From Alteromonadaceae bacterium M269 (lineage in GTDB: Bacteria; Pseudomonadota; Gammaproteobacteria; Enterobacterales; Alteromonadaceae), in NCBI GenBank assembly GCA_004353515.1, contig SMNZ01000004.1, forward strand, positions 328,360 to 392,359: DNA of 64,000 nt, given 5' to 3'. Below are positions 10,638 to 27,278 of the stretch, in pieces. Position numbers and translations under genes: made by a program. The notes under the pieces were generated by a model that had not been told where the DNA came from, made no database searches, and saw nothing but the letters and a program-made list of their open reading frames with translations. Each line of letters opens with the position of its first letter. Positions within the stretch are counted from its first letter, which is position 1.

Positions 10638-11213
10638 TTATGATTTCTTTAAAAACTTGGTGCATATCACGACACGAGTACCATTGAGCTTCCCTTCAAT
10701 ACTTGTCGGATCATCCGTTAAAGTAATATTACGTATAGCAGCTCCTCGCTTTGCGGTAAAACCAGCACCTTTAATTTCTAAATCTTTGATAAAAGTGACA
10801 GTGTCGCCAGTTTCCAACTGAGCACCATGCGTATCTGTTGTCAGTTGCCCTTTGTCTCCACCACCAGCATTGGCACCTTTCGCCGCCCACTGCAGAGTTT
10901 CCTGCTCTAAGTAAAGCATATCGAGTAAATCTTGGGCCCAGGTTTCACTTGATAAACGATTTAGCATACGCCAAGCCGTCACTTGCACGGCGGGCTCAGC
11001 ATTCCACATACTGTCGTTCAGACAGCGCCAATGGTTTAAATCAATCTCCGTCTCACCGTTAATTTGCTGCCTACAGTTTTCACAAAGAAAGACACAGCTT
11101 TGCGCATTTTTACCATCGCTAAAGGGAACTTCAAACACGTCAAGTGATGCATCACTGCCACATAATTCGCAAGAATTTTGACTACGCTTTTCTAGAGCTA
11201 GCTGAACTGACAT
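10638..11213 (-). CDS. phnA: PhnA-family zinc-ribbon protein (alkylphosphonate utilization operon protein PhnA-like, long form)
   Basis: N-terminal CxxC…CxxC ribbon (CELCGS…CENCRQQ). The C-terminal domain GDTVTFIKDLEIKGAGFTAKRGAAIRNITL resembles E. coli PhnA (DSVTIIKDLKVKGSS…KNIRL). Confidence 0.75.
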   Translation of the reverse strand: MSVQLALEKRSQNSCELCGSDASLDVFEVPFSDGKNAQSCVFLCENCRQQINGETEIDLNHWRCLNDSMWNAEPAVQVTAWRMLNRLSSETWAQDLLDMLYLEQETLQWAAKGANAGGGDKGQLTTDTHGAQLETGDTVTFIKDLEIKGAGFTAKRGAAIRNITLTDDPTSIEGKLNGTRVVICTKFLKKS

Positions 11214-11224
11214 AAAAATCTCAA

Positions 11225-12091
11225 CTACAGCCGTTTCTTTCTGACGAACTTAGCGCCAAGCACCAATAATGCAGCGCCAATAAACATCACCAAACCATAG
11301 ACACCTGCTGACGTTGCATAAGCAGTATCACCGAGAAAGGTTAACGCAATGAGTATCGCCATTGCTGAGTTTTGAATACCCACCTCGATACCTAATGTAA
11401 CAGTCTCCGCTTCCTGTAACTTAAACACCAACCCGAGTATCACACCCGCAGCTACGGCAGTGAGATTAAGCGCTAAGGCTGCACCAAACACAGCATCAAA
11501 TGAGTTAGCTAACGTATTCCTCTCTTGGTAAGTAATAAGCACTATCATGCACAGAAGGAACAGTGTTGAGAAACGACGGAAAAAAGTCTCACTGCGCATG
11601 GCTGAATTAGGATAATAGTGTCGGCCTAGCAACCCTAAAATAACGGGCAGCAAAGTCACCACAAACAAGCCAATTGTGGTTCCTAGAAGTGAAAAGGAAA
11701 CTGCATCACTTTGCGTAAAGTGTTCTATCGCAAACTGAATAATAAAAGGAGTGCTAAATACACAAACTAAGGTTGTTACTGCGGTCAAACTTACTGAAAG
11801 GGCAAGATTGGCTCTGGCTAGCTGACAAATAACGTTCGACGTTGTGCCACCCGGACATGCTGCAAGCACCATCAAACCAATAGCTAAGGGCTCTGATAAA
11901 TCGAAAGCGATGGCGACACCGTAAGCGATAACGGGCAATAAGATAAGTTGACCAAATATGCCGACGAAAATTGGCTTAGGTATTCGCCACAACCTTAAGA
12001 AGTCATCTTTTGTGAGGCTTAACCCCATACCAAACATGATAATAGCTAAGGCCAAAGGCAAGAGAACTTCAGTTAAAACAGAGGCTTGCAT
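11225..12091 (-). CDS. Bile acid:sodium symporter (BASS/SBF) family transporter
   Basis: 288-aa polytopic membrane protein. The MFGMGLSL motif near the N-terminus is typical of BASS. Confidence 0.65.
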   Translation of the reverse strand: MQASVLTEVLLPLALAIIMFGMGLSLTKDDFLRLWRIPKPIFVGIFGQLILLPVIAYGVAIAFDLSEPLAIGLMVLAACPGGTTSNVICQLARANLALSVSLTAVTTLVCVFSTPFIIQFAIEHFTQSDAVSFSLLGTTIGLFVVTLLPVILGLLGRHYYPNSAMRSETFFRRFSTLFLLCMIVLITYQERNTLANSFDAVFGAALALNLTAVAAGVILGLVFKLQEAETVTLGIEVGIQNSAMAILIALTFLGDTAYATSAGVYGLVMFIGAALLVLGAKFVRKKRL

Positions 12092-12215
12092 ATGGTGGAG
12101 TCTTCCATTTTATTTATTTTGAAATACGTGTTGGCGTCTTTTTTGACTTATTACTACCGAATGGTATTAGGCAGTTTTCAAACTGTCGGCACGAGATTAA
12201 AGAGTAATATACCTG

Positions 12216-12482
12216 ATGAATGAAAATCATAAAATAAACTATGCCGAATTCCCTTGTGCTGATTTGGCGGCGACAAAACGCTTTTTTGAGGCCGATCTCG
12301 CGTCATCAACAACTCGCGGTTTATCGCTGACCGTTATTTACAGCGATGACCTCGAACAAACGCAAAAAATGTCGAAATTGCCGGTGGCACAGTCATTAAG
12401 CCGATTTTTTCATTCACAAGAGGAAAGCGTTTTCACTTTGAAGAGCCAGTGGTAATAAACGTGCTGTTTGGAGTGCGTTAGA
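12216..12482 (+). pseudogene. VOC/glyoxalase-family (PhnB/YecM-like) gene disrupted by a frameshift in an A6 run
   Basis: The ORF frame gives INYAEFPCADLAATKRFFE…SDDLEQTQK. The +1 frame continues with the expected C-terminus VEIAGGTVIKPIFSFTRGKRFHFEEPVV. The switch occurs at the CAAAAAATG tract around 12363-12371. Confidence 0.5.
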
Positions 12483-12561
12483 TAACGAGTAGAATCAATA
12501 TGTTAAGGCATCAATGGATAGTTGATGCTCACCACAATTCGTTAATAAAACTCCAGATTGA

Positions 12562-13761
12562 TTAACTCACTCGGCGAGCAGAAGATTGTGATTCATCCCA
12601 ATGAAAAACTTCACCAGCCCCATCACTTGCTGTGCAGATATAAATCGTTTCTTTAATCCCACTGTGTGCTTCGTAAGTACTTTCAATCAACTGACAAGCA
12701 CCTTCTACCATGGCATGCGGCATCAAAGCGACAATACAACCGCCAAAGCCACCACCAGTCATTCGAACGCCACCTTTCTCTTTTAAGTAATCACTTAATG
12801 TCGCAACGATAAAATCAATAGGTTCAACCGTTATCTCAAAGTCATCTCGCATCGAGGCATGTGATTGCGCCATAAGGCGTGACAATTGAGAACAATCACC
12901 TTGCTTAAGCGCTTCTGCTGCTGCCAATGTTCGTTCGTTTTCAGACACAACATGGTGCGCTCTTAAGTAAGTCTCATCTGGTAACAGCACCTTTCGGTGT
13001 TCGAGGTCTTTCAGGCTGATATCTCGAAGTGCTTCTATGCCTAATAGCTTGGCAGCTTTTTCACATTGCAATCGCCTGGTATTGTATTCACTATCGACTA
13101 AACCTCTTTTCACGTTTGAGTTGATAATTACGACTGATAACTCGTCGGGCATAGGTATAAGTTGTGTTTCCAGTGACCTGCAATCTAACAGCACGGCTTT
13201 GTGTGCTTCACCGCAGGCACTTACCATTTGATCCATAATGCCGCAGTTGCAGCCTACAAATTGGTTTTCAGCTTCCTGCCCTATGCGCGCAATATCTTGT
13301 TTGCTGATATCAAGCTGACACAAACCTTTAAACGTTTCGCCCACAACAACTTCCAACGATGCAGAAGAACTCAACCCAGCACCTTGTGGCACATTGCCAG
13401 TGACCACCAGATTCGCACCTTTGAGTCTATGCCCTCGCATCTGCAGGTGTTTTACAACTCCTCTTATGTAATCACTCCAGAGTTGTTCAGGATGATTTTC
13501 TATGGATTCATCTAAACTAAAGGTGTCTTTTTGGTTTTGATAATCAGCGGCGACTACATGCACTTGATTATCATTTCTCGCTGTCGCGGCTATAACGGTT
13601 TTGTAGTCAATAGCACAGGGTAAGACGAAGCCATCGTTATAATCAGTATGTTCACCAATGAGATTGACGCGTCCAGGCGCCTGAAACAGGTGTTCAGGTT
13701 TAGCGCCGTAGGCTCGTTCAAATTGTGAAATAACATAATCTCTTTGGGTCTGTGCCGGCAT
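12562..13761 (-). CDS. galK: Galactokinase
   Basis: Galactokinase signature [19 protein letters not shown] plus the GHMP kinase motif. The start is placed at the ATG of MPAQTQ (GAGAAAG 6 nt upstream), 19 nt after the galT stop. Confidence 0.9.
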   Translation of the reverse strand: MPAQTQRDYVISQFERAYGAKPEHLFQAPGRVNLIGEHTDYNDGFVLPCAIDYKTVIAATARNDNQVHVVAADYQNQKDTFSLDESIENHPEQLWSDYIRGVVKHLQMRGHRLKGANLVVTGNVPQGAGLSSSASLEVVVGETFKGLCQLDISKQDIARIGQEAENQFVGCNCGIMDQMVSACGEAHKAVLLDCRSLETQLIPMPDELSVVIINSNVKRGLVDSEYNTRRLQCEKAAKLLGIEALRDISLKDLEHRKVLLPDETYLRAHHVVSENERTLAAAEALKQGDCSQLSRLMAQSHASMRDDFEITVEPIDFIVATLSDYLKEKGGVRMTGGGFGGCIVALMPHAMVEGACQLIESTYEAHSGIKETIYICTASDGAGEVFHWDESQSSARRVS

Positions 13762-13780
13762 AATGACTTTCTCGTTTCGT

Positions 13781-14833
13781 CTAAACAGCTTCGTTGTAGT
13801 GACAATCACTGACTTGTTGCAGCTTTTCTGCTGCTTGTTCTGGCGTCAGGTCTCTTTGTGGCTCAGCAAGCATCTCAAAACCAACCATAAACTTGCGGAT
13901 CGTTGCCGAACGCAAGAGCGGTGGGTAAAAGTGCGCATGCAGCTGCCAGTGCGAAGCATCCTCTATATCGAAAGGCGCGCCATGCCATCCCATAGAATAA
14001 GGAAATGAGCATTGGAATAAATTGTCGTATCGGCTTGTCAGTTTTTTCAACGCAATGGCTAGGTCTGATTGCTGAGATTTGGACAAATCCGTAATACGTG
14101 AGCATGCGAATTTCGGCATCAATAAGGTTTCAAACGGCCAAGCAGCCCAAAAGGGAACTACAGCAATCCAATGCTCAGTTTCCACAACTGTTCTTCTGCC
14201 ATCTTTAGACTCTTGTAACGCATAGTCTAACAACATAGAAGACTGATTCTTCTGTGCATAATCAAGCTGAGTCGTTTGCTCTTTCGCAATTTCGTTGGGC
14301 CAAAAGCTATTTGCCCATATCTGCCCATGTGGATGCGGATTAGAACATCCCATAGCAGCGCCTTTATTCTCAAAGACCTGAACCCAAGCATAATCTTTAC
14401 TTAAATCTTCAACTTGTTCTATCCAAGTCGTAATAACCCCTTCAATCGCATTCAAAGATAGCTCAGGTAGAGTTTTACTGTGATCAGGAGAAAAACAAAT
14501 GACTCTACTTGTACCTCTCGCTGGCTCTAACTGCATCAGATTAGAGGAGTCGTCATTTGTATTTTCAGCGTCTGGTGTGTCTGACATCAATGCCGCAAAA
14601 TCATTAGTAAAAACAAAGGTCCCTTCGTACTTAGGATTTTGTTCTCCATTGATGCGCTTATTGCCAGGGCATAGATAACAAGTCTCATCATATTCCGGTA
14701 GTGCTTCGGTTTGTGGCTTCTCCAACTGTCCCTGCCATGGCCTTTTAGCACGGTGCGGAGATACAAGAACCCAATCACCTGTCAGTCGGTTCTTTCTTCG
14801 ATGAGGGTGATCATTAGGTTCAAACACTGCCAT
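13781..14833 (-). CDS. galT: Galactose-1-phosphate uridylyltransferase
   Basis: CYLCPGNKR zinc site and the HPHGQIWA active-site His-Pro-His motif. Confidence 0.9.
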   Translation of the reverse strand: MAVFEPNDHPHRRKNRLTGDWVLVSPHRAKRPWQGQLEKPQTEALPEYDETCYLCPGNKRINGEQNPKYEGTFVFTNDFAALMSDTPDAENTNDDSSNLMQLEPARGTSRVICFSPDHSKTLPELSLNAIEGVITTWIEQVEDLSKDYAWVQVFENKGAAMGCSNPHPHGQIWANSFWPNEIAKEQTTQLDYAQKNQSSMLLDYALQESKDGRRTVVETEHWIAVVPFWAAWPFETLLMPKFACSRITDLSKSQQSDLAIALKKLTSRYDNLFQCSFPYSMGWHGAPFDIEDASHWQLHAHFYPPLLRSATIRKFMVGFEMLAEPQRDLTPEQAAEKLQQVSDCHYNEAV

Positions 14834-14974
14834 AGCTCAATTCCAAAAAATATTAATTATACTATAAATAGACATTCTAGACATTTTCCAAGTGGCTGTC
14901 ATCTATTTGGATGACAGATTTTTCACATTAGGATGATAATACAGGCAAAAATAGGAGGAAGAGAGCGGCGTCAC

Positions 14975-15663
14975 TCAAGGTGTTTGCGATGATATAAGCT
15001 CTTGATTGTTCAGCCGAACCCAACGAAACAGATATAAAATAATCAACTTGGTGATTGCACTAGTCACGGCAAGAACAACAAGAGGCCAAGACGTGTCTAA
15101 CCCTATAGCAATAGCCAACGCAATGGTTGAGAAGTCCATCAGCAAAATAAATTGGCTCATTTTAATATCAACAGCACCTGTATCCCTTTGTCTGATTATC
15201 AACCTAATTTGATGCGCGTACCCTTGCGCAATCAACACAGATATAACCAAAATCAGTAAAGTCGACACCCATTGTCCCTGAACAGCATACTGTTCCGAAA
15301 ATAAGAGCCCCAAAAACCCAATCATCAAAGCAGAAAGTGCCATTCCAAATACTAATTTCGTTAAATGACTTCTCCGATCTCTCCATATCTCAAACAAGAT
15401 AGCTAAAACAAAGATACTGGCTGTTAATCGAGGCCAGACAATAAAATGATTAAAAGGCTGGATAGAATAGCCATAAACAAAAAAAGCAAAGTAAGCGAAA
15501 AAACTCACTGTGAATTGATTCAGAGATAACACATCCGTCGCATTACCCATAGCCTGCCGCTCTCTTCGCCTCTTCCTTATTGTCGACAATTGCGAAAATA
15601 CACCATAAACACTAACAGAGATAAGTAACGTATTTACAGCACCCCAGAACTCAATTAATGTCA
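14975..15663 (-). CDS. Polytopic inner-membrane protein, unknown family
   Basis: About 6 predicted TM helices. ATG of MTLIEF at 15663; the track's TTG start at 15697 was trimmed. Confidence 0.5.
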
Positions 15664-15760
15664 TTAACAATCTCCAAATCAACAAAGTTGTCGACAATTA
15701 TATAAACTGGTACCTAAAAATCAACTTAAAGAGCTGAAGATAAAGGTTAATTGTCGACAA
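15579..15760. promoter_or_regulatory. Three copies of the 12-bp palindrome ATTGTCGACAAT (15579-15593, 15686-15700, 15746-15760); candidate operator sites
   Basis: Exact palindromes read in the sequence. Two lie in the promoter region of the membrane-protein gene and one lies inside its 5' coding region. Confidence 0.35.
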
Positions 15761-15914
15761 TGTGGAAGTTAAGTGAATGAGCTAATTTGCAATGGTGCCA
15801 TCACACAGCATTTAGATAATATTGTTTACGAGGGGGTTATAGATAGGAGTGGTAATCTTAGTCTGGCTCAGCGAATGCCGAACCAGAAAACAACGAAGCA
15901 GTTGTTGAGATATT

Positions 15915-16307
15915 TTATACGAGTTCAAACTCTGTCGTTATCTCAACATTACCCGCTAACATTAACATCACGGAACAGTACTTCTCGCAAGACAACTCCA
16001 CTGCACGAGCCAATTGCTTCTCACTGACATCATTACCACTGACAAAATACTTCGCATGGATTGATTTAAAGACCCTCGGTGCATCATCGGCCCTAACAGC
16101 CGACATTTCGCAACGACAATCCGTTATGTCTTGACGTGCTTTTTTCATGATCATCACAACATCTATTGAAGAACACGCTCCTACTGACAAAAGCACACTC
16201 TCCATAGGCGTCATGATATTACCATCACCGTCCAGCTCTAGAGTATGGCCTGTATCAGTTTCACCTTTAAACTTTAAATCGTCTTGCCAAACGACTGTTG
16301 CTTTCAT
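15915..16307 (-). CDS. OsmC/Ohr-family peroxiredoxin-like protein
   Basis: 130-aa protein with the two conserved Cys (GACSSIDV… and CEKYCSV) of the OsmC family. Confidence 0.75.
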   Translation of the reverse strand: MKATVVWQDDLKFKGETDTGHTLELDGDGNIMTPMESVLLSVGACSSIDVVMIMKKARQDITDCRCEMSAVRADDAPRVFKSIHAKYFVSGNDVSEKQLARAVELSCEKYCSVMLMLAGNVEITTEFELV

Positions 16308-16319
16308 ATGTATTACCTC

Positions 16320-18686
16320 TTAAGCATCAATATCATTTTCACTGAGCCATTCCTCAAGCTTACGCATATCTTGCTGGTAAGCTTGTTGAAGTTCTTCAAC
16401 CCAGTTGTCTACATTTTGCCACCAAGCCGGATAATCCCCTTGCTGGATTTGATTAGCTATTTTACCGACACGCACTAAACCGACTGAGCCTGCCGCACCT
16501 TTGATTTTATGGGCTTGTGAACAAACTTCATCTTGGTCTTTTGCTGTTAGGTTCACCAGTAAATCATCAATATACTCGGGCATCTTTTCCTGAAGAACCT
16601 TAGCGCTGTTACGAAGCATGTCGGCACCGATGGTTTCCAAAAACATCTCTAGTAACTCAATATCTAATATGGCAGCCAATTTTTCCTCTTCTTTCTTTTG
16701 TTTCTTCTGTTCACCAGGTTCACTCACCTTAGGTAATGCTTTATCGTGAACAAAGAGTTTATTAAACACCTCAATCACACGGCTTTTCTTTACCGGCTTG
16801 GATATGACATCTTGCATACCGTTATTAAGGTAATCTTCTCGCGTTTTTATGACATTTGCGGTTAAAGCGACAATCTTAGTATCACCAACTAAGTTCTCAT
16901 CAGCTAATGCTTTAGCGATATCAAAGCCTGTCATATCAGGTAATTGGATATCGAGAAGGATCAGGTCATATTTGTGATTTCTGACTTGTTGGATCGCATC
17001 TTCGCCCGTCATAGCGACATCAACTTTTTGCTCTAACTTCTCTAGCAAGGCTTTAGCGACCATAACATTCAATTCAATGTCTTCAACCAACAAGATATTA
17101 AGACCTGTCACCTGCAACTCTTCAACTTGCATCGGCGTTTTACTTAACGCCAGCGGTAATTCAACAGTAAAACTGGTTCCTTCGCCAACGACACTACTCA
17201 CGCTGATGTGGCCGTTCATACGTGTCACCATTTGCTCACAAATGGCCAACCCGATACCTGTCCCTGTTGCCGAATAATGATTAGGATTCTTAACCTGATA
17301 GTACATGGCGAAGATCTTATCTAACTCATCGTTAGGTATCCCCACACCAGTATCTGTAACTTTAAACTTAACGCAGCATTTACCATTTTCCGGCATACTG
17401 GCTTCGACGCTAAAGCTCACACTACCCTGCTGGGTAAACTTCACTGCATTAAACAACAGATTCCATAAAACTTGTCTCAAGCGCGTTCCATCTACTTCAA
17501 CAAAATCAGGTAAAGGCTGAATGACATGTGTATGCAGGGTGAGGCCTTTATCCGCAGCCAACAACTCGACAATGCTGCCAAGTTCCTTAGTGAAATCGTG
17601 TAGAGAGACTGTTTTCAATGACAATTCAAGACGCTCACGGTCAAGCTTATCGAGGTCAATGATATCGTTAAAGATATTACCTAGCGTAATTGCACTGGCA
17701 TAAATCGTACTCACCCAATTAAATTGCTCGTTGTTTAATTGAGTGTCTCTCAACATACGACTGAGCCCGACAATACCGTTAAGAGGTGTTCTTAATTCGT
17801 GACTGATAGTAGCGATAAAGGCCGTTTTATCTTTACTGGCTTTAGCCAATGCATCTTGTGAACGCTTACGTTCAGAGATATCACGTCCAAATGCCAACAG
17901 TCCGAGACGATTTCCTTCACTATCAAAAAATGGCACTTTGCGCATTTCGTAGCACTGTTTACCGTTCTCTCCAAATTTCAGCCACAGCTCTTCCGTAATA
18001 CCCGCGTTAGTTTCTAAAACTTCATGGTCACTGGCGACAATTTGTGATGCAAGTTCTACGTCATAAACATCATGCGGAGTTAAACCAATTAACTCTGCTT
18101 CTGTTTTACCTGTTAGTTCCTCAGCGATTCGGTTGCACCCTGCAAACTTACCTTCTTCATTGCGGTAGTAGATAAGGTCGGGAGATGCATCAATGATCGA
18201 ACGAAATAGAGCCGATAGACGTTGCGCTTTTCTTTCATTCTCCGAGCGGTATTTGATCTCATGTTCTAGATCAACGAAAACACTCTCTCTTTCTTTCTCT
18301 GCTTCTTTACGCTGTGCTATCTCGTAATTCAACAATTCAATGTTGTTCTGTAGCTCTCGATTGAGTACTGCATCTTCTTCGTGCAGGCGTTCAAGCTCAT
18401 CTATCACACGTTTAAGATCCAGCCGCGAACGCTCAAGCTGCTTAACCAATTCACTGAAGAAGAATAAAACCCAAGGTGCGCTCACTAGTGTCAAAATGAC
18501 AGCAGTAATAAAGTCTATATATTCAGATTGGCCAGAAAGATAAGCTCTTAAAACATACGAACCAGCCAGGGTAAAACCAAGTGTTAGTAGAATAAAAACA
18601 ATACTGGCTCTCAGGGCTCCCATTCGATTTATAAAAGCCGCAAGCTTGATGGCCCAGGAATCAATTTTTGTAGTGGGAGGTGACAT
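16320..18686 (-). CDS. arcB: Aerobic respiration control sensor hybrid histidine kinase ArcB (TM-leucine zipper-PAS-HisKA-HATPase-REC-HPt)
   Basis: The N-terminus aligns with E. coli ArcB (…QLERSRLDLKRVIDELERLHEE…SALFRSIIDASPDLIYYRNEEGKFAGCNR vs FLRSFLDASPDLVFYRNEDKEFSGCNR). H-box SHELRTPLNGIVG, receiver domain, and C-terminal HPt motif HKIKGAAGSVGL. Confidence 0.85.
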   Translation of the reverse strand: MSPPTTKIDSWAIKLAAFINRMGALRASIVFILLTLGFTLAGSYVLRAYLSGQSEYIDFITAVILTLVSAPWVLFFFSELVKQLERSRLDLKRVIDELERLHEEDAVLNRELQNNIELLNYEIAQRKEAEKERESVFVDLEHEIKYRSENERKAQRLSALFRSIIDASPDLIYYRNEEGKFAGCNRIAEELTGKTEAELIGLTPHDVYDVELASQIVASDHEVLETNAGITEELWLKFGENGKQCYEMRKVPFFDSEGNRLGLLAFGRDISERKRSQDALAKASKDKTAFIATISHELRTPLNGIVGLSRMLRDTQLNNEQFNWVSTIYASAITLGNIFNDIIDLDKLDRERLELSLKTVSLHDFTKELGSIVELLAADKGLTLHTHVIQPLPDFVEVDGTRLRQVLWNLLFNAVKFTQQGSVSFSVEASMPENGKCCVKFKVTDTGVGIPNDELDKIFAMYYQVKNPNHYSATGTGIGLAICEQMVTRMNGHISVSSVVGEGTSFTVELPLALSKTPMQVEELQVTGLNILLVEDIELNVMVAKALLEKLEQKVDVAMTGEDAIQQVRNHKYDLILLDIQLPDMTGFDIAKALADENLVGDTKIVALTANVIKTREDYLNNGMQDVISKPVKKSRVIEVFNKLFVHDKALPKVSEPGEQKKQKKEEEKLAAILDIELLEMFLETIGADMLRNSAKVLQEKMPEYIDDLLVNLTAKDQDEVCSQAHKIKGAAGSVGLVRVGKIANQIQQGDYPAWWQNVDNWVEELQQAYQQDMRKLEEWLSENDIDA

Positions 18687-18689
18687 AGA

Positions 18690-19170
18690 ATAACCTTTTA
18701 ACTAACTTAGCGAGAGCGACTCAAAAAGAGCGAGCATCCTATCAAGTTTTACGCCCGAAAAGAATTATCCTCCCACTTGTTGTATTAAAACGTACACTTG
18801 ACCTAAATTCAGGCTATTTTTCCACCAAAAACCGCCAAAATGTTAATAAATTATTAACTCGTTAGTTATATAATTTCTATTTTAAATAAAAATTAGGATA
18901 TTCCGTTTTATACGATTGATTTATTTTTTTGATGTCGGTAGTGTCTGCCGACTGCATGAAAATTCTTATTTAGTGCATAACTTGCACTTATATGGAGCAA
19001 GGAAAAAACGGCTCAAAATCGCTAAAAACCACTTCAATACCTAACTGATTAAGACAAAAGTCAAACTAGGGTCAGGAGAAAGGAACAGCGATAAAAGCAC
19101 AAGGCTAGATAAGATTATCCAATTTGGTATTCGCTTTGCTCAATAAAAAGCTAAGCGAAAGGAGCTTAAT
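18690..19170 (+). promoter_or_regulatory. Long AT-rich leader/promoter region upstream of gltB
   Basis: 480-bp non-coding, AT-rich tract between the divergent arcB and gltB. The gltBD promoters of enterics are known to have extended upstream regulatory regions. Confidence 0.3.
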
Positions 19171-25063
<5,893 letters not shown>

Positions 25064-25201
25064 AATCTCTCCTATTAGACACCACTCCCGCAGATTGTGA
25101 CTGTAGGGGTGGTTAATCTAAAATTTATAAAAAGAAACTTGACCCTAACGCCACGTGATACAGGATTGTATTGATGCCGTATTAAATATTAGGTATTCAA
25201 T

Positions 25202-25942
25202 ATGAAAAATAGAAGCGAAATTACAGTCAAAGAGATGGCTTTACTCTCTGGCGTTACTATCCGAACCTTGCATCATTACGACGACATAGGTTTACTCAAA
25301 GCACACAGAGCAGCGTCAGGTTATCGCGTGTACAATGAAAAGCATGCTTTACGCCTACAACAGATATTACTCCATAAATCATTTGGTTTATCGCTAGAAG
25401 ACATTGCCAAAACGCTCGATGATCCTCAATTTGACAACTTAGCCAACCTCAAGCGTCAAAAGAAAACGTTAGAACAACAGGCCGAAAATATGCACTTGAT
25501 GATTGGCGCCATTGATGCAGCAATTGAAAAATTAACATGCTCTAAAACAATTGATCTGTCTTCCATTTTTGAAGGCTTCGATCCGGCTTTATATGACGAC
25601 GAAGTCGAACAACGCTGGGGAGAAACGTCTTGCTACAAGGAATGTCAGGATAAGATGAAAAACTATACTGACGAGGATTGGGAACAACTAAAACAACAAG
25701 AAAACGCCATTTGGCGGGACGCGGCTCATGCTTTAAGAGCTGGAACAAAGCCCGATAGCGCAAGTGCTCAAGAAATCACAAACAAGTATAGAAAACACAT
25801 TGATAGATGGTTTTATACCACTTCGACTTCGGGCTTTGCTGCATTAGCGGACCTCTGGGAGAATGATCCCCGATTTGCTAAAAATATCGATAAGTTTGAA
25901 CCCGGTTTAGCCAAATGGATGGCAGCCGCTGTGCGCCGTTAA
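25202..25942 (+). CDS. MerR-family transcriptional regulator with C-terminal TipAS-like effector domain
   Basis: N-terminal MerR HTH (VKEMALLSGVTIRTLHHYDDIGLLKAHRAASGYRVY). 246-aa length and a C-terminal W/D-rich region as in Mta/TipAL. Confidence 0.75.
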   Translation: MKNRSEITVKEMALLSGVTIRTLHHYDDIGLLKAHRAASGYRVYNEKHALRLQQILLHKSFGLSLEDIAKTLDDPQFDNLANLKRQKKTLEQQAENMHLMIGAIDAAIEKLTCSKTIDLSSIFEGFDPALYDDEVEQRWGETSCYKECQDKMKNYTDEDWEQLKQQENAIWRDAAHALRAGTKPDSASAQEITNKYRKHIDRWFYTTSTSGFAALADLWENDPRFAKNIDKFEPGLAKWMAAAVRR

Positions 25943-25960
25943 TTATAGGTTTACAAACTG

Positions 25961-25995
25961 ATGGCTTAACCTAGCACCTACCCGCGTTAAGCCAT
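25961..25995 (+). terminator. Hairpin ATGGCTTAAC…GTTAAGCCAT followed by a T-rich tract, just after the MerR stop
   Basis: 10-bp perfect inverted repeat with a 15-nt loop. Confidence 0.35.
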
Positions 25996-26219
25996 TCCTC
26001 TTCTAATAACTATCTCACCACTAACAACAAACACACATATACCTCTTGTACATTGAAGCGTCTGATTTAATTTCAGAACTATGATGCGAAATTTTTTTAC
26101 AAAAATTATCGACAGGAGCACCTAACTCAGCTAACTTCATGAAGCTTGTTTTCAGCACTTTGTACAGCGCACAGAATTAGAGAACCTTGAACCACAACAG
26201 CAAAAAGTAAGGTTATTAG

Positions 26220-26978
26220 ATGGATTTAACAGAGTATAGAGAATCAGATTCCGAAAAGAGTCGCACACAAGACTTGAAACGGCTCATCGAAAAAATGACG
26301 CCTCACTCAGGTAAAACACTGGATATTGGTGCGCGAGATGGCCATTTCTCGAAACTGCTAGCTAATTATTATGATTCTGTAATCGCACTTGATTTAGAAA
26401 AGCCCGTCTTTGAACATGAAAAAGTCACTTGTGTTAAAGGGGACGTTACGGCTTTAGAGTTCAACGATAACGATTTTGATCTTGCCTTCTGTGTCGAAGT
26501 TTTAGAACACATTCCACCTCACCTGTTAAATGACGCATGCAAAGAGTTAAGTCGTGTTTCGACCGACCATATCCTTATCGGTGTCCCTTATAAACAAGAT
26601 ATCCGACTTGGTAGAAGCACTTGCTATTCTTGTGGAGGAGTCAATCCACCTTGGGGTCATGTGAATAGCTTTGATGAAAAACGATTAGCTGAGCTTTTCC
26701 CCGATTATGACATTGAAGAAATGTCTTTCGTCAGTAAAACAAACTCCTATACCAACGCGCTGTCAGTAGCTCTGATGGATTTTGCCGGAAACCCATACGG
26801 AACGTACTCTCAAGGCGAACCTTGTATACATTGCGACAAACAGCTTATTCCACCACCTGAGCGCACCTTTATACAAAAAGTGGCCACTAAGATAGCCTTT
26901 TATGCTCTATACGCTCAAGCACCTTTTACTTCAGAGCATCCAAATTGGGTACATGTGTTGTTTAAGAAAAAGCACTAA
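26220..26978 (+). CDS. Class I SAM-dependent methyltransferase with a Cys4 zinc-ribbon insert
   Basis: Motif I LDIGARDG, post-I acidic D (ALDLE) and motif II-like FDLAFCVEVLEH. CYSCGG…CIHCD pairs. Confidence 0.65.
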   Translation: MDLTEYRESDSEKSRTQDLKRLIEKMTPHSGKTLDIGARDGHFSKLLANYYDSVIALDLEKPVFEHEKVTCVKGDVTALEFNDNDFDLAFCVEVLEHIPPHLLNDACKELSRVSTDHILIGVPYKQDIRLGRSTCYSCGGVNPPWGHVNSFDEKRLAELFPDYDIEEMSFVSKTNSYTNALSVALMDFAGNPYGTYSQGEPCIHCDKQLIPPPERTFIQKVATKIAFYALYAQAPFTSEHPNWVHVLFKKKH

Positions 26979-27019
26979 AAAGAGCTCACATCAACGATAC
27001 TTGCATGTAAGCTCTTTTT
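26977..27019. terminator. Bidirectional hairpin AAAAAGAGCTC…AAGCTCTTTTT between convergent genes
   Basis: Inverted repeat with flanking A/T runs, read in the sequence. Confidence 0.4.
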
Positions 27020-27035
27020 CTTAACTTCACTAACT

Positions 27036-27269
27036 CTATTCTTGAGCACTGGAATTAAGGTCTCGATATTCCGTAACCGGTAAACCGCCTATTCCCCAAT
27101 TTTCCAATGGGACTTCATCGATAACAACAAAGGTTGTTGACGGCTTTTTATCCAAAACCTTTTGCAAAAGCTCGGTAACACCGGCTATCAAAGCCGCCTT
27201 TTGTTCATTGGTAGGGCCATTTCCTCTTTCTCCACCTTCTTTAGTCACCTGAATATTAACGTATGGCAT
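27036..27269 (-). CDS. 4-oxalocrotonate tautomerase-family protein
   Basis: 77 aa, starts MPYVNIQV (catalytic Pro1), typical length and beta-alpha-beta pattern. Confidence 0.7.
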   Translation of the reverse strand: MPYVNIQVTKEGGERGNGPTNEQKAALIAGVTELLQKVLDKKPSTTFVVIDEVPLENWGIGGLPVTEYRDLNSSAQE

Positions 27270-27278
27270 TGTCGCTCC

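Noticed and set aside
25064-25201. MerR-type long-spacer promoter upstream of the MerR regulator (TTGACC-N19-…)
   Set aside because: No convincing -10 hexamer or dyad symmetry between the elements; too speculative to list as a feature.
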